Shown here: positions 58,440 to 64,000 of the stretch, piece after piece
How positions within the stretch are numbered: the stretch's first letter is position 1
Layout of the letters: every line of letters begins with the position of its first letter
Assembly: GCA_963766715.1 (NCBI GenBank)
Contig: CAVYBH010000011.1
Coordinates: 64,001 to 128,000, forward strand
DNA length: 64,000 nt
DNA from: an uncultured delta proteobacterium
GTDB lineage: Bacteria > Myxococcota > Myxococcia > Myxococcales > Anaeromyxobacteraceae
Direction of reading: 5' to 3'
Made by a program: the position numbers and the translations under genes
Notes under the pieces: model-generated
Databases searched by the model: none
Seen by the model: the letters and a program-made list of their open reading frames with translations, nothing else
What the model was told of the DNA's origin: nothing

Positions 58440-59498
58440 TCAGGTGGCGGACAGGGGCAGGTAGAGGGTCGCCTCGGCCCCCCCGCCCGATCGGTTGCGG
58501 ACCTCGATCCGGCCGCCGTGCGCCTCGACGATCCGGCGCGAGACCGCCAGCCCAAGCCCCGTTCCCTGGGCCTTCGACGTGGCGAAGGGCGTGAAGAGGC
58601 GGGGAAGCATCGACTCGGGGATGCCGGGACCGTTGTCGAGCACCGCCACCCGCGCGAGCGGCACCGTCCGCCCGCTCGCCTGGCGCAGCCGCACCGACGC
58701 CACGCCCGTCTCCATGAGGACCTGGGCCCCCTGGGTATCCCGCACCGCTTCCACGGCGTTCCGGAGGATGTTCAGGACCACCTGGGTGAGCTTCTCCTGG
58801 TCGCCCTGGATCGGGGGCAGCGAGGGGTCGAAGCGCTGCGTGAACGCGATCCGGTCGCCGCCGGGAAGCCCCTTCGCGATCACCAGCACGTCCCGCATCA
58901 CGCCGTGGACGTTCACCGGCCCGGACTGGAGCGTGGCCGGCCGGGCCAGGTCGAGCAGCTCGCGGACGAGCCCGTCGACCCGCCGCGCCTCCCGGGCGAT
59001 GACGAGGGCGTACTCGCGCGCCGTGCCCTCGGCCTCCCGGGCGAGCAGCTCGGCCGAGCCCTGCAACCCCGCGAGGGGATTCTTGATCTCGTGAGCGAGG
59101 CCCGCGGCCAGGGCCTCGAAGTCGAGGTGGCGCTCGCCGTTCCGGCGGGCCCGCACCAGGATGACGGTGCCGACGCACGAGGCGCCCTCGAAGAGCGGGG
59201 AGACCTCGACGCTCAGGGGAACCGAGGCGTCTCGAGGGCTCGGGAAGTCGCCGCCGGTGGCCTCCTGAGCGCGCCGGACCCGGTCGGCCAGCGCCTCGAG
59301 CGGGGCGCCGCCCGGGAGGGCGCGGACCGGCAGCCCGACGGCCCGTTCCCGGCTTCGGTCGAAGAGCTCCTCGGCGGCCGGGTTGAGGTGCACGACGCCA
59401 CCGTCCAGCCCGACCAGAAGGACCGGATCTCCGATGGAATCGAGTGCACCGCGCGCCAGGGCCGCCGGGAGCGGCGGTGCCTTGCTGGCTCGGGACAC
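58440..59498 (-). CDS. ntrB: PAS sensor histidine kinase, NtrB-like
   Basis: PAS LNPAAEELF, AGLAHEIKNPLAGLQG, DPSLPPI, LNILRNA, DNGPGIP, GTGLGL. Confidence 0.88.
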   Translation of the reverse strand: MSRASKAPPLPAALARGALDSIGDPVLLVGLDGGVVHLNPAAEELFDRSRERAVGLPVRALPGGAPLEALADRVRRAQEATGGDFPSPRDASVPLSVEVSPLFEGASCVGTVILVRARRNGERHLDFEALAAGLAHEIKNPLAGLQGSAELLAREAEGTAREYALVIAREARRVDGLVRELLDLARPATLQSGPVNVHGVMRDVLVIAKGLPGGDRIAFTQRFDPSLPPIQGDQEKLTQVVLNILRNAVEAVRDTQGAQVLMETGVASVRLRQASGRTVPLARVAVLDNGPGIPESMLPRLFTPFATSKAQGTGLGLAVSRRIVEAHGGRIEVRNRSGGGAEATLYLPLSAT

Positions 59499-59528
59499 GG
59501 GGCCCCCTGGTTGCCGGACGGCCGGCGA

Positions 59529-59928
<400 letters not shown>

Positions 59929-60188
59929 GCGCCGGGGACCGCCCGGCTCGGCGTGGATGCCCTCACTTCGGTTGCCCGGTTCCCGGGCTGTCATCTGCTC
60001 GATTTCCGGACAGCTGGTACGGCCCTGCGACAATGGATCGAATCGGTGCCTGCCGTCTTCTGCCCAAGTGTGGAGTCCCCGGGGCGATCGCGTCGGGCAC
60101 GAGGGAGAAGGCTGCAACGGGCGGGCCACGAGACGACGCCCCGGATTCCCCGGCCCCCTCCGGGAGGCTGCGGTAGATTTCCGACTGG

Positions 60189-61268
60189 ATGGAATGGGTG
60201 CTCGCCCTCGTCGCCGCCGCGGCACTCCTCGCCGCGATGTCCTTCGCGCATCACGCCTTCTGGACGGGCCGCCTCAGGCAGCCCATCCAGGACGACGGGA
60301 TCGTCCGGGCCGAGACCCGGGACGGCTGGAGGCTCGCCCTCGGCATGAGGCTGCCCCGGGGGCCGGAGCTCCGCCCGCCGGTCCTGCTCGTCCACGGGCT
60401 CTCCGCCAACCGCTGGACCATGGACGCCGGCGTGGAGAGCTTCTCGCTCGCCGCGCACCTGGCCCGCGCGGGCTTCCGCACCTTCTCGCTCGACCTGCGC
60501 GGTCACGGGGACTCGCGCCACCCGCCGCGCCGCGCCCAGGACTGGAGCTTCGACCAGTACGTCGAGGAAGACGTGCCCGCCGCGCTCGAGGCCATCCGCC
60601 GCGACACGGGGGACGAGCAGGTGCTCTGGGTGGGGCACAGCCTGGGCGCCGTGACAGGGCTCGTCTCCTGCCAGCTCCACCCCGAGCGCATCGCCGGCAT
60701 CGTGGCCATCGCCGGCCCGATGAGCTTCGACGTGGACGGCCTGGTGGCCCGCTACCTCGGATGGGGGTTCCTCGTCGACGGCCGGTTCAACCGGACGCTG
60801 GCCCGCATGCTCGCGCCCTACGCGGGGCTCACCCACCCGGCCGCCGGCGAGCTCGCCATCAACGGGCGCAACGTGGACCGCCCCGTCCTCCAGCGGCTGC
60901 TCGCCAACGGGATCGAGGACGTGCCCGAGCAGGTGTTCTTCCAGCTCGCCGACTGGGTGAAGCGCGACGCCTGCCGCTCGGCCGACCGATCCCGGGACTA
61001 CCGGGCCGGCCTGGCCGGCTGCCGGCAGCCCGCGCTCTTCCTGGCCGCGCCGAGGGACCACCTGGCGCCCCCGGAGGTGGTGCGGCGCAGCTTCGACCTG
61101 TGGGGCGGCGAGAAGACCTTCGTCGAGTTCGGCAGCGACGGCGGCTACTCCGCCGACTACGGGCACACCGACCTGCTCGTCGGGAAGCGGGCGCCGCAGG
61201 AGGTCTTCCCGGTGGTGACCGAGTGGCTGGTGGCGCGGGCGCACCCGGCGCCGGGCGGCCGCCCGTGA
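60189..61268 (+). CDS. Alpha/beta-fold hydrolase with N-terminal anchor
   Basis: VLLVHGL, DLRGHGDS, nucleophile elbow GHSLG, DYGHTDL. Confidence 0.88.
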   Translation: MEWVLALVAAAALLAAMSFAHHAFWTGRLRQPIQDDGIVRAETRDGWRLALGMRLPRGPELRPPVLLVHGLSANRWTMDAGVESFSLAAHLARAGFRTFSLDLRGHGDSRHPPRRAQDWSFDQYVEEDVPAALEAIRRDTGDEQVLWVGHSLGAVTGLVSCQLHPERIAGIVAIAGPMSFDVDGLVARYLGWGFLVDGRFNRTLARMLAPYAGLTHPAAGELAINGRNVDRPVLQRLLANGIEDVPEQVFFQLADWVKRDACRSADRSRDYRAGLAGCRQPALFLAAPRDHLAPPEVVRRSFDLWGGEKTFVEFGSDGGYSADYGHTDLLVGKRAPQEVFPVVTEWLVARAHPAPGGRP

Positions 61269-61774
61269 CGCCGCTCCTGCTCGCGGCGCTGCTCGCGGCG
61301 AAGCCGCTCGTGTGTCCGCCGGGCGCCCTGCCGGCCGGACAGCCGCCGCCCTTCGGGAACGCCCAGTGGTGCGAGGGACCCGACGCGAGCGGCGCCAGAA
61401 AGCGGCAGGGGCCGGGGCGCGACTTCTACGACGTCGACCTCGTTCACGTGGAGTCAACCTGGCGCGACGGCCGGCTCGACGGCCCGTGGGTCCAGTTCCA
61501 TCGCGACGGCCGGAAGGCCGCCGAGGGGCGCTACCGGGCCGGCGAGAAGCACGGACCGTGGACCTACTGGTTCGAGGGCGGCCAGGTGTCGGAGGAGGTC
61601 GCCTTCGACATGGGGCGCCGCCACGGACGCTTCGTGCAGTGGTGGCCCGGGGGGAAGAAGCGCGCCGAGGGGAGCTTCTGCTTCGGCCTGCAGTGCGGCC
61701 GCTGGACGACGTGGGGCGAGGACGGAACGGAGCTCGGGACCATCGTCTACGAGCAGATCCGCGCCACGCCGTGA
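61265..61774 (+). CDS. Exported MORN-variant repeat protein (YwqK-like fold)
   Basis: Signal-like N-terminus; repeats GRLDGPWVQFHRDG, GEKHGPWTYWFEGG, GRRHGRFVQWWPGG. Confidence 0.75.
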   Translation: MTPLLLAALLAAKPLVCPPGALPAGQPPPFGNAQWCEGPDASGARKRQGPGRDFYDVDLVHVESTWRDGRLDGPWVQFHRDGRKAAEGRYRAGEKHGPWTYWFEGGQVSEEVAFDMGRRHGRFVQWWPGGKKRAEGSFCFGLQCGRWTTWGEDGTELGTIVYEQIRATP

Positions 61775-61790
61775 GGCCGCGCGGGGGAGG

Positions 61791-62321
61791 CTAGCTGGCG
61801 CGCGGCGTCTTGCGCGCGCGCTCGGCCTCGATGAGCTGGTCGAAGGCCTTCGACGGCACCGGGACGGCCGTGAACACCGCCACCAGGTCGGGCCCGATGG
61901 GGAGCGTCGACTCGATGCCGGGCTTCACCCACACGCGCCCGGACCGGACGAGCGCGAGCTCCGGGATCTGGACGGCGTAGTTCACGCACACGCTGCCCGA
62001 GGCCTCGCGGGAGGTCGACACCCGGAGCACCATCCGGACGGAGGCAGGGTCGCTGGGATCGCGAACCACGACCGAGGCCTGCTTGCCCTCGGGGCTCACG
62101 ATCCGGCTCTTCGCCAGGGTGGCGCCTTCCTCGCTGCGGATCTCGAAGGAGACGAACTCCCCGATGGAGCCATCCTTGGCGGAGGCCTCGACCGCCTGGG
62201 CCGTCCGGACCCGCACGATTCCCTCGGCGGAGACGGCCCCCACGAGGAAGGCGGAGAACAGGATGGAGGCGGCGCGGAGGGTCTTCAAAGGGGGGCTCCC
62301 GAAGGAGCGGTGATAACCCAC
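61791..62321 (-). CDS. Hypothetical exported/membrane-anchored protein; start uncertain
   Basis: Coding-like ORF with an N-terminal hydrophobic segment; no recognised motif. Confidence 0.55.
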   Translation of the reverse strand: MGYHRSFGSPPLKTLRAASILFSAFLVGAVSAEGIVRVRTAQAVEASAKDGSIGEFVSFEIRSEEGATLAKSRIVSPEGKQASVVVRDPSDPASVRMVLRVSTSREASGSVCVNYAVQIPELALVRSGRVWVKPGIESTLPIGPDLVAVFTAVPVPSKAFDQLIEAERARKTPRAS

Positions 62322-62402
62322 CCGGGAGCTCCCGCACCAGGGTATCCGCCCGATAAACGGCCGAGGACCCCCGGATGTTCCCGGAAAACACCCCTTTGGG
62401 GT

Positions 62403-63886
62403 TCAGGCGGTGGTCCAGATATCCCCCATTTGGTGGGCCCGGCCGGTCTCCTCCAGCCACAGAAGGGTCGCGAGGCAGCTTCGCTCGGCCACGGGGAGGA
62501 GGTAAGGCGGGGTGTCGTCGTAGGCGCAGCGCGTCACGGCGGAGAGCGTCCCGCCCGGCGACAGCGCCGCTGCCACCTTCTCGGCCCGCATGCGCCGGTG
62601 CTCGAGGTACTCGTCGAGCTTGGCCGCAGCGGCCGGCGCCGGCGCCCCGTGGGCGGGATACAGGGCGCGCGCGGGGAGCGAGCGGAGCCGCTCGAGCGAG
62701 GCCAGGTACTGCCCCATGTTCCCCTCCGGCGGATCGATGACGATCGTGGAGAGGGTGCTCACCATGTCGCCGGCGAGGAGCGCCCCGGTGCGCTCGTCGA
62801 GGAAGCAGAGGTGCCCGGGTGCGTGACCCGGAGTGAACAGGGCCCGCCACCGGCCGTGCAGGAGCTCCCCGTCGGCGACCCCGGTCACCGGGATCCCCCG
62901 CGGCAGGCGCCCGGCGGTGAGCGGGTGGGCCCGGACCGGAGCCCCCGCGCGGCGAGCGGCGCCACGCCGCCGACGTGGTCGACGTGGTGGTGGGTGAGCC
63001 ACACCTCCCGGGCCGGGCGTCCCGCCGCGGCGAGGATCTCGAGAACCCAATCCAGCCGCGCCTGCTCGGCGGGCTCGGGAGAGCCCGGGGTCGACGACCG
63101 CCACGCCGCCGCCCGGCTCCAGGTCGACGAGCCAGCAGTTGGTGTGGGTGGCGGGCAGCAGGGTGGGCGTGCGCAGCGCGGCCATGACCACGCCACGCTG
63201 GAACTCGACGAGCAGGTCGGACGGGCGGATGGCGGAGCAGCTCGAGCGCGGCCGGCGGCGCCTCGCGCGCGATCGACGCGATGCCCCACCAGTTGGGCGG
63301 GTGGAGGAGCGCGTCGCCGCGCTCCCACGACTCGAGCGCGCGGCGGGCGAGGACGAACTCGCCGCCGGTGAGCTCCCCGGGCCACACCGAGGCCTCCTGG
63401 CCGGCCGGCTAGCCGGGCCAGGTAGAACCAGGCGTCGAAGCGGACCGGGAAGAAGGCCGGAGTCACCCAGCGGCCGGCCGGCGAGAGGAGCGCCGGGTCG
63501 AGCGCCAGCCCCTCCTGGAAGAGCAGGTCGGCGAAGCCGACGCGCCCGTCGAGGAGCGCGTGCCGGGCCTCGTCCCGCTGCGACGGCTGGAGCCGCTCCG
63601 CGCCGTGCGCGAGCAGCACGCCCGCCTCCTCGAAGAGCTCCCGGCAGGCCGCGGCCACGTGGGCGGCCTCGTCGCCGGAGAGCCCGGGCACCGGGACGCG
63701 CTGGTCGTCGTCGTCCACGCGCCCGCCGGGGAAGGCGTGGAAGCCGCCGGCGAAGCGGAGCCCCTCTCCGCGGCGGACCCAGAAGACCTCGCGCCCCTCC
63801 GGCCCGTCCCGCCAGAGGATCACCGCGGCCGCGGGGCGGGTGCGGGGCGGGGGAGGCACCGGCAGGCCGGGGATGGCCTCGCTCAT
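62403..63886 (-). CDS. NUDIX-like / metallo-beta-lactamase-fold fusion hydrolase; several indels
   Basis: RPAAAVIL...FPGGRVD...ACRELFEEAG, WVTP...RFDAWFY; then TPTLLPATHTN, THHHVDHVGG, TPGHAPGH, AGDMV, PAHG. Confidence 0.82.
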
Positions 63887-64000
63887 CCGATTCGCACCAG
63901 CTCGTCCTGCAGCTTCGAGAAGATGCGCGGCCCGCCCGGCGCGAGCACCACGTCGATCTCGAGCCGCACGCCCATGCCCTCCTCGGGCAGGTAGATGCCG
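63883..64000 (-). CDS. C-terminus of a probable M24 (Xaa-Pro) aminopeptidase, runs off the window
   Basis: GIYLPEEGMGVRLEIDV matches the (E)PGIY...GVRxE motif; ATGA overlap with the next gene. Confidence 0.7.
   Translation of the reverse strand, partial: GIYLPEEGMGVRLEIDVVLAPGGPRIFSKLQDELVRIG

Noticed and set aside
61265..61774. Toxin-antitoxin system based on YwqK-like repeats
   Set aside because: No adjacent toxin gene; MORN-variant repeats are common in unrelated exported proteins
62347..62363. CGCCCGATAAACGGCCG sharing 11 bp (GCCCGATAAAC) with the glnA enhancer-like site
   Set aside because: Lacks the terminal TGC/GCA dyad and has no nearby sigma-54 promoter; may be chance

Overview
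Very GC-rich bacterial chromosomal segment with a gene repertoire typical of Anaeromyxobacter-like Myxococcota (taxon inferred, not proven). Many genes are broken by single-base indels, most consistent with uncorrected long-read consensus errors, so some coordinates are reconstructed across frames. In order: sensor kinase and thiL; a Dif-like chemosensory operon (MCP-CheW-CheY-CheA-CheC) coupled to larB, larC and a PAS kinase; membrane pyrophosphatase; a ~13 kb surface-polysaccharide locus; an ECF sigma/anti-sigma triplet divergent from a DUF4175-like/TPR-peptidase/MoxR/DUF58/BatA operon; nagZ; a Liv-type ABC operon; MFS; glnA; glnB-ntrB-ntrC; hydrolases. The standout is a 7.8 kb cassette (49031-56864) between glnA and ntrC. 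It encodes an ECF sigma, a zinc-finger/TM/DUF4384-like anti-sigma, an exported caspase-like protease fused to a putative outer-membrane beta-barrel, a Cys-rich RCC1-repeat lipoprotein and two paralogous DUF5666-like lipoproteins. The same bipartite motif TGTCYCRT-N13-CGTGTC lies upstream of the sigma gene and of both DUF5666-like genes, suggesting an autoregulated, protease-triggered trans-envelope signalling system with its own regulon. No rRNA, tRNA, CRISPR or mobile-element genes were seen.
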